A stretch of DNA of 64,000 nt from an uncultured Methanosarcinaceae archaeon (GCA_963733675.1 CAVTET010000006.1:96001-160000), one strand, 5' to 3'. Positions 24,265 to 39,714 are shown, numbered from the stretch's first letter. A program made the numbers and translations. Notes: generated by a model not told the origin, from the sequence alone.

Positions 24265-24800
24265 GCCATGTGTGCGGAAAAAAGGTATATGTGATTTGCT
24301 CCCTGCAGTTGCTTTCCTCCTTTCTTTTTCCTGAAAAATCTCATGTTGGAAAAACATTTCAGACCTTCACTTTTCACCCTTGATTCCTGTCTTTAACTGC
24401 AGACTATAATAATCCACTGATCTGGATTCAAGCATACAGCTTTCTTAAAGTGCAAAAGCCGGATATCATAGTTTTGCATTGGTGGACTTGTTCGGTTGCA
24501 CATATGCGGCTCTTGCTGAAATTGTTTGCAGGTCTATTGCATAAACCAAAAATACTATTAGAGTTTCACGAAATTGTGGGCCCTTTTGGAGAATCAACAA
24601 TTCCGATCCGTTTATAATCGAAAATAACGAGAAAACTGCTTCGTAAAAATCTTGATTTATATCTTACTCATTCTTAATCGGACAAAAAACTTGTCACAGG
24701 AAGGTATTCTATTGCCCCTAAAAAAATCCATGTAATCCCACCTGGCTCATGACCAGTAGGAGAACTGCTTGACATGAAAGAAGCGAGAAAAACAAAATTA
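24265..24800 (+). pseudogene. GT4 N-terminal fragment
   Basis: WWTCSVAHMRLLLKLF...LEFHEIV...THS*SDK...IHVIPPG, with stops. Confidence 0.6.
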
Positions 24801-24919
24801 AAGGTTATAAAAGTATGTTATATTGAAATCTTTTCAAATGTCCTATTTTCCTTTCTGTAAATTTGTTTGATCTACTTAACATAATAACATTTATATACTA
24901 TTGCAACATATTACATTGT

Positions 24920-25050
24920 CCTCACATAACTGGGTTATGCGGGGGATAATCCCAGTCTTTAGGGGCATAATCCCATACTTTATATACAAGATCTGTCTTG
25001 TATATATCTCTCGCATGAAGCAATTGTGTGAGTTGAAATGCAAATTCCAT
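24920..25050 (+). mobile_element. IS200/IS605-type end remnant
   Basis: Paralogue of 18840-18970. Confidence 0.5.
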
Positions 25051-25164
25051 TCGAGGATGTGATAAACTCCATGATTTGGTTTATAAAGGATAATATTCAT
25101 TATAATCCGAGGTTTATCTAATTCTCATTTATCTAATGGAGTCAGGAGTTTTTTCCTGTCTGAC

Positions 25165-25198
25165 GAGGATTTTGTCGGTTCGGTTAATTCTGGTTGGT
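25165..25198 (+). promoter_or_regulatory. 5' arm of the 16S processing stem (bulge-helix-bulge)
   Basis: gaggattttgtcggttcggttaattctggttgg pairs with ccaaccagatgccgataaatcgacaaaacctc at ~26797-26828. Confidence 0.75.
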
Positions 25199-25304
25199 AG
25201 TTGTTTTACAAAAACATCTATCGCAAAACTGAAAATAACTGAATTGATAGTTGTTAGTGCAAGTTTCTGCGACCAAAAACTTTGAGTGTGTGATATTATT
25301 GACA

Positions 25305-26782
<1,478 letters not shown>

Positions 26783-26884
26783 AAGCAATAAACACGCCAA
26801 CCAGATGCCGATAAATCGACAAAACCTCAAAAAAGAAGTATAATATGAGAAGTCTGTCATAAAGTACTTTTCTCTATTTACTTA

Positions 26885-26957
26885 AGGCTTGTAGATCAGT
26901 TGGAAGATCGCTGCCTTTGCAAGGCAGAGGCCCTGGGTTCGAATCCCAGCAAGTCCA
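26885..26957 (+). tRNA. tRNA-Ala(TGC) in the 16S-23S spacer
   Basis: Cloverleaf with anticodon arm ctgcc-tttgcaa-ggcag, T-loop gttcgaatc and G3:U70; position 1 is A (A1-C72 mismatch). Confidence 0.93.
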
Positions 26958-27080
26958 TTTTTATGCACCTGATAATTTAATTATCAGGGAAGGACTGATT
27001 ACCTGCTTGGCAGGTAAATGAAGTCATGTATAAGATACTGTATACTGGACGCTTACTGGACCTGGTTAGGTGTAACAGGA

Positions 27081-29972
<2,892 letters not shown>

Positions 29973-30058
29973 ACCATACCAGGTCTAGGCGAAATCCAGT
30001 ATGCAGCATTTCTATACATGACTTCATTTTGTCCTTATAAAAAATCCTCTTTGTAGGA

Positions 30059-30190
30059 GGAGTATGGCGGCCATAGCGGCAGGGCAACTCCTGTACCCAT
30101 CTCGAACACAGAAGATAAGCCTGTCCACGTTCCTTATTGTACTGAAGTGCGCGAGCCTTCGGGAACTCTGGATAGTTGCCATATTTACCT
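30059..30190 (+). rRNA. rrf: 5S rRNA (divergent)
   Basis: ggcggccatagcgg...gtacccat.tcgaacacagaagataagc...ccttcggg. Confidence 0.92.
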
Positions 30191-30565
30191 ATAATGATAG
30201 GTATTTGAATTGATTTTTTGATGATTTTTTTTGGTAACTATTCAGCCTGGGTAAAATACTATCAATAGATAATGTTATTATGATTAGATAATCAATTTTA
30301 TGTGGGTGGATTTCATTTAACTGTCGACTATTGCTCTTGTTTTTGTTTTCACATCAGTTGGTTATCATAAGTATCTTTTGTATCAAAATAGTTGTATAAT
30401 ATATGATTTTTGGTACGCTGAATAGTTACATTCTTTTTTCATTAATGTTTTCTATTGATTTGTGATTTTCGAATTTCGGAAACTTGCCCCTATCCCAAAA
30501 AGAATCGATCACTCAGCTTTTGTCTTGTGCTTGTGGGTTTCAGGAACCTCCCCTACAATTATTTT

Positions 30566-31645
30566 TTACTCACTCTCAAATATGTACTCCTTTGAGAACA
30601 TTTCTAAGGTCAGAATGAAGTAGGAAAGTAATAGGGGGCCTATAACGACTCCTATCAATCCAAAAAGGGATACTCCTGTGATAATCCCAATTAGGGATAG
30701 AAAAGGATGAATTTCTCCAACTCTTTTCTGGATCATGGGCCTGAGAAAATTATCCACGGTACTTACAAAGATCCCGGCTGCAAGGATTGCAATCCCTGCA
30801 GTATAGTCCTTCAGGAGAAACTGGATGATAGTTGCAGGAACCCAGACTAAAGTTGATCCAAAAACGGGAACAAAAGAAAGAAGTGTTGCGATAGAACCCC
30901 AGAGAAAAGCTCCCTGAATTTTTACGATCAAAAAAGTTATAGTCAGAATTATACCCTGGAAAAGAGCTACAGCCCCGCTGGAAATCATAGTTGTCCTGAC
31001 AATTCTTCTGAACTCGCCAAGTAGAGTAGATGTATTTTTTTCATTGAATGGAACTGCAGCATAAATTTTGTGTACAAAATTGGAATCTTCTCCTGTTAAA
31101 AGGTAGTAAAACAAGAAATACATAATTAAGAGCCCTATAGACTGCTGGCTCAGTATCTGAATTGAACCTAAGAGGAACTTGCTTGTGTAATTGACGGCTT
31201 CAGATCCTATACCCATAACTTTTCCTTGTATCTGTTTTTGGAGAACATCAGTAGGAATCCCCAGCCCTGAAAGATAATGAGTGAGAAATTGATGTTCAGA
31301 TCTAATAGATGTAATAATAAACTCCTGGTTAAGTAAAAGCTGCTGGATTTCACTAATAATTATACTCAGAAGAAAATATAATGGGATGAGGACAACACAG
31401 ATTGAAATAATTATAACCAAGAATGCAGCAAATTGTTTTTTAAGCCGGGCTTTCCTTACAAAAAAATGATAAGGAGGCCTAAATATGATGTAAAGGATAA
31501 TGGCCCCTAAAAAATAATTTAAATATGGGAGCGTGGCGTAAACAATAACAGTGGTTAGGAGGAGGATAGTTAGGAGGGCCAATACAATTTTCGCTATTCT
31601 TTCCATTGAACCTAAATTGGAGTTCTTATTATAAAAGTTTTGCAA
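30566..31645 (-). CDS. AI-2E family transporter
   Basis: Polytopic membrane protein with FVPVFGS, DNFLRP, HPFLSLIGI and G...FGLIGVVIGP motifs. Confidence 0.9.
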   Translation of the reverse strand: MQNFYNKNSNLGSMERIAKIVLALLTILLLTTVIVYATLPYLNYFLGAIILYIIFRPPYHFFVRKARLKKQFAAFLVIIISICVVLIPLYFLLSIIISEIQQLLLNQEFIITSIRSEHQFLTHYLSGLGIPTDVLQKQIQGKVMGIGSEAVNYTSKFLLGSIQILSQQSIGLLIMYFLFYYLLTGEDSNFVHKIYAAVPFNEKNTSTLLGEFRRIVRTTMISSGAVALFQGIILTITFLIVKIQGAFLWGSIATLLSFVPVFGSTLVWVPATIIQFLLKDYTAGIAILAAGIFVSTVDNFLRPMIQKRVGEIHPFLSLIGIITGVSLFGLIGVVIGPLLLSYFILTLEMFSKEYIFESE

Positions 31646-32369
31646 GTTTGCCAGTTCTGTCTTAAACTTATATTTCTAATACCTACTGGAATTGTTAGAA
31701 ATATGATTTATTTCAATATTCAGTAGCTGAGTGGTTTACCATTACATCGTTGATATTTCCATGATATTTAAGTTCTAGGTGTTGAAAGATTTCCGGATCT
31801 TTTTTGTTGTGATCGCGGAACTTAATTAAATCAAATTAAACTTTTTGACTTTCGATATCTGAAGCTCTTTATTTTTTATATCAAATGTGAAAATATTTGG
31901 ATATCGATAAGTTTTAAGGTTGATTATTATTCACAAAATAAGGGTATGCTACTTGAAAAAGTAAAATAAACAGAATTTAGATAAATTTTCGATTTCAACA
32001 AATTGCTTTTATGTCCCTTATAAGCAATGGGCCAGAATTTAGAGTTTATTGAAATCCTATAACAATAATGGATGTTAGATATATTTCGATTTTTGAATAT
32101 TATTTTGTAATAAAGTATAAATAAAAAAATGCTGTTATACATACTAAAAGAAGTAGTTTGGTTTCCAAAGTATTATTTTCTTTCTTTTACGTTGCGCTCT
32201 CTCAAAATTCCGAGATTTATATATATGAATGAATCTTTAGGAATATTTTTTTATACTGTTGATCCTTCTACTAGTTGATTGGCATCAAAAGTTAGTGATA
32301 TTACATTAATTAGTGGTTCTATGTATATTTGCTATGCGGATCTACTTGTAATTCTTTATTTAATATTTT

Positions 32370-34454
32370 ATGCGCAAAGAGCTGAAATTTTTGATAAATA
32401 AACGCAAATTATGTTCTATAATATTGGTATCAACAATCATGAGTTTAATGTTTTTGAGTAACGTAGCTGCAGCAGTTGCATCAATATCTGTTTTTCAAGA
32501 TTCAGGTAAAGTTAATTACGTAATTCAGGTGATTTTAAGTCCATCTCTGAACATAACAAAGTCAGTTTCTCCAACAACTTATTCTGCTGTAGGACAGAAT
32601 ATCACATACAACTACACTATAACTAACTCAGGAAATGTGGATCTCACAGGAAATATTACAGTTGCAGACAACAAAACTGGAACATTCAATATAACCAGTA
32701 ACGGTCTTAACGTAGGGAAAAATGTTACAGGAACAGCGAACGACACAATACACCAGTCAGACATTGATGCTGGTTATGTGACCAATTCAGCGAATGCTAC
32801 ATGTTCATTCAGCAATGAACTATACACCTCAAAAGATACTACTGCAAGAATAAATATAACTCAGAATCCAGTTCTGACACTAGTGAAGTTAGCATCTCCA
32901 ACAACTTATTCCTCTGTAGGACAGAATCTCACATACACCTACACTGTAACTAACTATGAAAATTTAAATTTCAAAGGAAATATTACGGTTACAGACAACA
33001 AAACTGGAACATTCAATATATCCAACGTGGATATTGCCCCAGGCCAAAATATTACAGGGATATCAAACTATACAATAACACAGCCTGATCTAGATGCTGG
33101 TTCTGTGATCAATATAGCGTATGTATTGGGAGTATTCAATATATCAAACCCGGATCTTGCTCCAGTTCAAAATGTTAAAGGGCCATCAAACTACACAATA
33201 ACGCAGCCAGATCTAGATGTCGGTTCTATGACCAATACTGTGTATGCAACACACAATATTATAAATTCAAACTATGCTATTTCGATGGTAAAATTCATAA
33301 TATTTCCTTTAGCAAATTTTAGTGCCAATGTAACCAGTGGTTATGCTCCGCTTTCTGTGAAGTTTACCGACCTTTCGACGAATGTAATTGAATGGAACTG
33401 GTCCTTTGGAGATGGAGCTTATTCAAATCAGTCGAATACAATACATACTTTTGCTGCAGAAAACTATACAGTTAATGAGACTGTCAGTAACACAAATGGT
33501 AGATATTCAAAAATTGCTAAAATCTATGTTTTGAAATCTATTCCTACAATTACCTGGAGTAATCCTGCTGACATAGTCTATGGAACACCATTAAACAGCA
33601 CTCAGCTAGATGCAAATGCTTCAGTACCTGGAACTTTTGAATATATCCCACAATCTGGAACTTTACTGAATGTAGGTGTGCAACAAACATTGGATAGTAC
33701 TTTCACACCGAAAGATAGTGTTAACTTATAACATCAGCGAATGTTTTGATCAATGTAACACCATCTGTGCAGGGTGTAGCTCTGACAATAGTAAAATCAG
33801 CATACCCAGCAAGTTATAACGCTGTAGGGCAGACTATCACATACACCTACACTGTAACTAACTCAGGGGATGTGGATATCTCAGCACCTATTAATGTTAT
33901 AGATGATAAGTTTGGTACAGCATCTATACAAAGCAGTGGTATCCTTAGGCCAGGTTCAAGTGTTCAGAATACATATTCCTACAGAATAACACCAGTCGAT
34001 ATTAATGCAGGTTCTGTGACAAATTTAGCTTATGCAACAGGTTCATTAAACAACAACTCAATAATTTCACCACACACCGTTGCACTAGTTCTCTATAAAC
34101 AGCCAACCAATGACAGAGATAACAATGGTGGACCTGACAATGGTGATTATGGTAGCTATTTTGGATATAACAATGGTGGTTATGGAGGTTGTGGTGATGC
34201 TGTAGACCCTGTACCAATGATGTATGTATGGCAGTGCACCTTATGTATATGGCAGTGACTCTACTGGCACAACAGATTCTAGGACAACAGAAGTGCCAAA
34301 TTCGGAATCTTATGGCTACAAGGTAAATGTTTCTTCGTCTGAATGTTCCAAGGCTAAATTGAGTGGTTCCAAAGCTAATGTTTATTTGAGTAAACATAAG
34401 CAAAAAAAGCACTTCAAACACCATAAAGCAAAAAAATCATCAAGTGTAAAGTAG
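32370..34454 (+). pseudogene. DUF11/DUF7507-repeat and PKD surface protein, split by frameshifts into 32370-33731, 33746-34258 and 34224-34454
   Basis: Signal peptide; repeats K.ASP.TY.AVGQ.ITY.YT.TN.G.V; PKD motif ANFSANVTSGYAPLSVKFTD...WNWSFGDG; PTITWSNPADIVYGT; the repeat continues in the next ORF. Confidence 0.78.
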
Positions 34455-34780
34455 ATCAAAAAATAGTTGGATTTCGATTCCATTTAATGGAATAGTGAGT
34501 GAAACGACAGACTCAGATCCTAGCTTTCGATGATCTATAAATTGTGGTGGCCTGATGTTCCAAGACAATGATTTCAAAATTAAATATGAGTTCATTCGTG
34601 GTCAATCTAAATAGATAATATACAAGGAAGTAGCCATATCAAGTATAATGACTATATGGTGGAATATCCCCCGGCATCAGTGGTCATACTGGTCATCCTG
34701 TATTATAATCGTGAAAAAAAATCAAAGTAAAAGATGGTGATAAGGGAAATAAGGCAAACAAAAGAAAGCTCAAAATAGTT

Positions 34781-34917
34781 TTCTGGTACAAAAAATCTGG
34801 CTTTGTTGCAAAATCAATGAAAAACTTCACAATTAGGAAAGTTAATCAATATCGTCAAGGGGAAATGGTACACAAAGGTAAAAATTATAGTATCAAACTG
34901 CGGAAATATTATTTTTG
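34781..34917 (+). repeat. Left arm of a perfect 137-bp inverted repeat
   Basis: Exact reverse complement of 35623-35759 by manual comparison. Confidence 0.93.
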
Positions 34918-35157
34918 TATAACAACCGTGATACTATAACCTCAGGAATGATTCAAATGAATATCATCGGCACATAAAATAGGATGGAATCAACAGATAT
35001 AGAATTAACGACGAATGGGAATAAAATTAACGACCAAATTATTGGTTGTCCACTATACAAGATTGGTGTTTTCAAGATAGAATGCCTAACGCGACTTTTG
35101 ATGGCGTTTCGATGCTTTTGCACACGAACGACCAAATTTTTAAGGAGGAAATGAATT

Positions 35158-35566
35158 ATGACATCGCAAATCGATGAACCCAATCAATTCGACCTGCATG
35201 GGATCGAACACAGGCATATGGATGTACATATTAGCTATTCGACAAACCAGCATCACAAGCAAACCTCTTTTTAACTATAAAGACTTGAAAGGCACACATA
35301 ACTTTACAGGAGATGAAATCCGGACACAAAAAACGGTTGTTGGTACGATGGTTACTGTGACCTTAGAGAGCGTTCCGGATCTCCATGTTATAACGTTGAC
35401 TTTGCTAGTGCCTGTTATCAACCTCGATCGTTCAGAACGAAAATTTAAAACTATCGCGATCCGAACGACTAACAAGACCACTATCTCCGGGGATAGCCTC
35501 GTTAAAGGAGCACAATCCTATGAAGTAATAAACCTCCAAGGAACCTGCTGATAGTGTCATATCTTA
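35158..35566 (+). pseudogene. Hypothetical beta-rich protein with two +1 frameshifts
   Basis: aggagg RBS, then ATG 35158 MTSQIDEPNQFDLHG...ISYST, shifts into ORF 35174-35551, then shifts again to GTADSVIS*. Confidence 0.55.
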
Positions 35567-35622
35567 AGTTAGAGAGCATCGTAAAAGGACTGGGAGCCTA
35601 GCCAAAAATTATGGTCCTGGTG

Positions 35623-35759
35623 CAAAAATAATATTTCCGCAGTTTGATACTATAATTTTTACCTTTGTGTACCATTTCCCCTTGACGATATTGATTAACT
35701 TTCCTAATTGTGAAGTTTTTCATTGATTTTGCAACAAAGCCAGATTTTTTGTACCAGAA
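35623..35759 (-). repeat. Right arm of a perfect 137-bp inverted repeat
   Basis: Exact reverse complement of 34781-34917. Confidence 0.93.
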
Positions 35760-35765
35760 CCCAGA

Positions 35766-38073
35766 TTAGAACCCAGCGGTCACCACCAGAGCAAAATCCT
35801 GCTTCATATTGGTTTCGGTTGCGTTTGTCAAACCTGGTGCACAAACTACACGAACCGTGTAGGTACCTAGCTGCGGTACGTTGAGGACAACTTGTTGAAC
35901 ATTGTTGTTTTCAGGACCTATCGGCGTTATTGTCCCATCTGGAGCAGTAATCGACAGGTGCAGTTTGTTGACGAGAACTTCTCTAATATTTGGGCTACCT
36001 GGGTAATCTGTCCATACAAGAGTTGTTCGGAATGGGACTGATGTATTTACGACTGTGAAAATATAAATTCTCTGATCTCCAGGTCCCACTGCATCTGCTG
36101 ATGAGTCACAGAATTCAATCTTTGATGGATTAGGGGGGAATAGAGCCTGATCTATTTGATGCGGCCCCAGCCCTCGTTGTTGTTCGGCACCGTGCCGACT
36201 TAGGGGGGTTATACTGATTTTTCATCGGCACAGCACCGTGGATAAGTACGGCTTTGATAAGAGCTGCTGATGGATTCGGGAATAATTCCTTTTGTAGATA
36301 CTGTCTTATGAGAGCAACAGCCTCAGCAGTAATCGGAGTGGCCATGCTGGTTCCTCCGTCGAACTTGTAGTAAGGCGGGGGCGTATCCCCTGGCAGGAAC
36401 AACTCCCATCCAGGGTCATTCGAAACACTAGAACGCACGGAGAGGATATTAGTTCCGGGAGCCACCTCATCGGGCTTGATTCGACCGTCGGCCATAGGTC
36501 TCAGACTGCTGAATGCAGCCATTCCATCAGGATTATCTGACACGTGATCCATATAGATATGTGGGGCTGGGAAATCACTCGGCCACCCCCTTCCATAAGT
36601 ATCATCTATACCAATAGAAACCGATGCTTTTGGCCGATAGTTTTCGGATGCGTCAACTGTGATACAATTCTTGGCAGTTGCCTGTACTGCGAGAGAATTG
36701 TTGTCGATAATGCCATCTCCTTTTCCAGCTCTATCGGCATCTTTTCCTTCGTTTCCCGCAGCGAACAAAATGACTGCGTTCTTGTTGTTCCATATGAACT
36801 CATCAATGACCTGGCTTTGTGCAGTATACTGGCCATAAAGCGAATTTCCAGAGACATCCTCAGAACCATCCCAGCTATTGCTGAAAATTCTCGCGCCATC
36901 ATCATAGGACTGCTGGAAAAGTTCTTTAAGGTCGTTCGGAATGCCATAAAGGCCATATCCATCTTGAAAATATTGTTCCACAGCTTGAAAGACGAGACTA
37001 GCTTTATAGGCCATTCCACGAATTTCGCAATTTGACTGCGCACCGTCACCTAGTATCGATCCTGCAACATGGGTCCCATGGCCACTATCGCTATCTGCAG
37101 CGCTGTCATCTTCGTGATTGTTATCAAACTGGACAGGCCAGCTGCGAATGGAAACAATCCGGCCTCTGAAATCAGCGTGCATGGTGGTATCATTAACTCC
37201 TGTATCCAAGCCTGTATCCGCCACAGCCACTATCTGTCCTTCGCCATCAAGACCGTGATCATTCCATACGGCTGTACGCCGATGATCTTGCAACGTCGTT
37301 GAATAGTTTAGGCACAGCAATTGGCTCTCAATCCATTGCACACTTGAAAGTTCTGCCAACGCAGCAATATGTGCAGCATCTAAGGATATGCGCAGAGAAT
37401 TTGTATCGGTTGCGATGACAGTTCCGCCAAGGCGCTCAACCTCCTGTCTGACAGCTGTCATATCTTCAGCTTTATGCAGTAACACGCGTAAGCTGCCCAT
37501 CGGAGTGGCCTTGAATGCCTCCGCGGAAATCGCCGCGGTATGAAAAGCTGTTGGTGTGATCTTATCGTGAGAACCCATTAGCACCGAGCTGATTTTATAG
37601 GCAGGTTTGTAGGGACCAACCCAACGAACGAATTCAAGCTTAGAAACCTTATCTTTTACTCCCAAGGTCATCTGCACCAGAAAAGCGTTGTCAGGAATAT
37701 AATCACCTACTTTCCCTCCAATTTCTCGGACCGCATCAATCCATTCAGACTTAACTGGGCCAACAAACTGAACAATCCAGTAATTTTCTTCAGTCTAACT
37801 AGCTTCAATTAAGGGAGACTCCATTGCTTTTGGAGCAGCTGGGACTTTAATTGCCGGATAGAACTCTACAGATTGAAGTTTGATAGTCTTCCCGCTTATA
37901 AGTCGCTCCAGATGGAATCCTTCATTTTTGAGTTGCTCAGCTTGTGCTTCATCCACTTCGGCGGTTATGCTGCCAGGGTAAGTTGCTAGTACACGGAAAA
38001 CGGAAGCTTCTACCTTACGCCGTTTATCTTGCTCTCTATCGTCAACGTAAATCACTACCTGCTCAGTACTCAT
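35766..38073 (-). pseudogene. S8 subtilisin-like (Kp43-type) protease, interrupted
   Basis: Catalytic motifs VADTG, HGTHVAG and GTSMATP, oxyanion AAGN; pro-domain YWIVQF...YIPDNAF; C-domain TLVWTDYPG...NNVQQV; in-frame TAG at 37795-37797 and a frameshift near 36200. Confidence 0.87.
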
Positions 38074-38357
38074 TTTTTTACTCCTCCTTATTTTTCGAAT
38101 GTTTTTATCGACTAATCAATTGCAATTGGTACTATTTGTTGTCTTAAAATTAATTCCGTGACTATGATAAAGTGCCATCCTATAACCGAGCCAAAGTACC
38201 ACTCCATAGTCAATATATGTTTGAATTTGCCCATTATCCAATTGGAGAAATGATTTGAACTTTAACAGGCCTTTAAGGATTAATTATGAGATTTTTGATT
38301 TTATCAAAATCTAAATACAGTTTTTCCCTGAGCTATTTTTAATTAATGGTATAAATA

Positions 38358-38540
38358 ATAGTTTCTGAATAAAATTTACGTTGCCATAAAATTTAACTAT
38401 ATAACAAATAGTTGATGAATAAAATTTACGTTGTCATAAAATTTAACTATATAAAAAATAGTTCATGAATAAAATTTATTTTGTCATGAATTTTCAATCT
38501 ATGGAAATACTGTTTTAATAAAATTTACTTTGTCATAAGA
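38358..38540. repeat. Four ~50-bp tandem repeats upstream of the S8 protease
   Basis: Core (TG)AATAAAATTTA(C/T)(G/T)TTG(T/C)CAT in units starting ~38358, 38408, 38458 and 38507. Confidence 0.85.
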
Positions 38541-38839
38541 TATGTCAAAATAGAATTAGAATTTAATATTGATTCTATTTTTGTTATTCTCGGCGATTTT
38601 TATTATAAACAGAAAGGTAAGTTGGATTGGAAAAAATTTATTTGTTAAAAATTAAAATAAGTATGTGTTTACCTATACTTTGAGGTTTGTGAGTTAGGGT
38701 ATTAATGAATAAAATATTAATAGAGAGTTCACTTTGAGAATATACATAGTTTTTGTGTCAAAATCGATGCATTTATCTTGAGTTCTTCAAGGATCAAGAC
38801 ATTACTGTAAGATCTCTCATATCCCTTTAAAAGGAAGCT

Positions 38840-39190
38840 TTATTCAAAATTTCTTTCTTCTCGTATCTTTTCAATAGCCATTTTTGGTTCAGGTAATCTT
38901 TCATTTGCAGTATTCCAGACAGCACTCAAATTTACACCAAAGTAAGCATGAATTATAACACCCCTAATTTCAGCCATTTTTCTCCAGGGAACGAGTGGAT
39001 ACTCTTTTCTAATTTTTTCCGGAATATGCTTTGGTGCTTCCCCAATAATTTCAAGTGCATAGTTCAAGGCAAAAATTGTTTTTTCATCGGAAACAAATTG
39101 ATCGAAATCCATTCCTTCAATAAAACGTTCACAACTTTTAATCGTCTCAAGGATATCCTGCAGATAATTTCCAACATTATGCTCGATCAT
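38840..39190 (-). CDS. hepT: HepT-like (DUF86) HEPN ribonuclease toxin
   Basis: YLQDIL, LEIIGEA, PW..MA..R.x4-H.YFG. Confidence 0.85.
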   Translation of the reverse strand: MIEHNVGNYLQDILETIKSCERFIEGMDFDQFVSDEKTIFALNYALEIIGEAPKHIPEKIRKEYPLVPWRKMAEIRGVIIHAYFGVNLSAVWNTANERLPEPKMAIEKIREERNFE

Positions 39191-39518
39191 ACCTGCAGGA
39201 GGTCTTCAAGAATCCGTTTTCCAATTCCAGATTTTAACGCATCCTTCATGACAAGATCCACTTCTACACCGAGTATTTCTGAAAGCTCCTGCTTGAGCCC
39301 GATGAATTCGAAGAGATCAGGTACTTTAGAGAATTCCACAAGAATATCAAGGTCACTATCCTCTTTTTGTTCACCGCGAATGTAAGAACCAAAAATACCC
39401 TGATAGCTGATATTATACTCTTGTGTAAGTTTCTGAAGATGCTGCCGTATGATTTTTGAGAAATATGCTGCATCTTTTGTTTTTTATCGCTTGATTTAAT
39501 GGCGGTATTTACTGTCAT
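39187..39518 (-). pseudogene. mntA: MntA minimal nucleotidyltransferase antitoxin, frameshifted near its 5' end
   Basis: GIFGSYIRGEQKEDSDLDILVEF...GVEVDLV in a frame with no start codon; ATGA overlap with hepT. Confidence 0.8.
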
Positions 39519-39714
39519 GTGGCCTCATGATCCTTAATTTAAGTTATTACTCACGGAATTAGTCCTGTAATATATTTTGTGTTCCATACTTAAAATTAAG
39601 GCTCGATTAATCTGTGAAATTTAATCATAAAATACACTAAAAAGCAGTGTGCATAATTTTCTGTAGAATTCAAATCTATAGCGATTATAGCTAGGAAAAA
39701 GCTACACACTAGAG

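Noticed and set aside
36544-37302. Antisense and alternate-frame ORFs inside the S8 protease, and similar shadows of rfb, U32, surE and ftsY
   Set aside because: Shadow ORFs of well-supported genes.
38358-38540. Possible degenerate CRISPR array
   Set aside because: The inter-core segments are themselves near-identical and there are no cas genes in the window.
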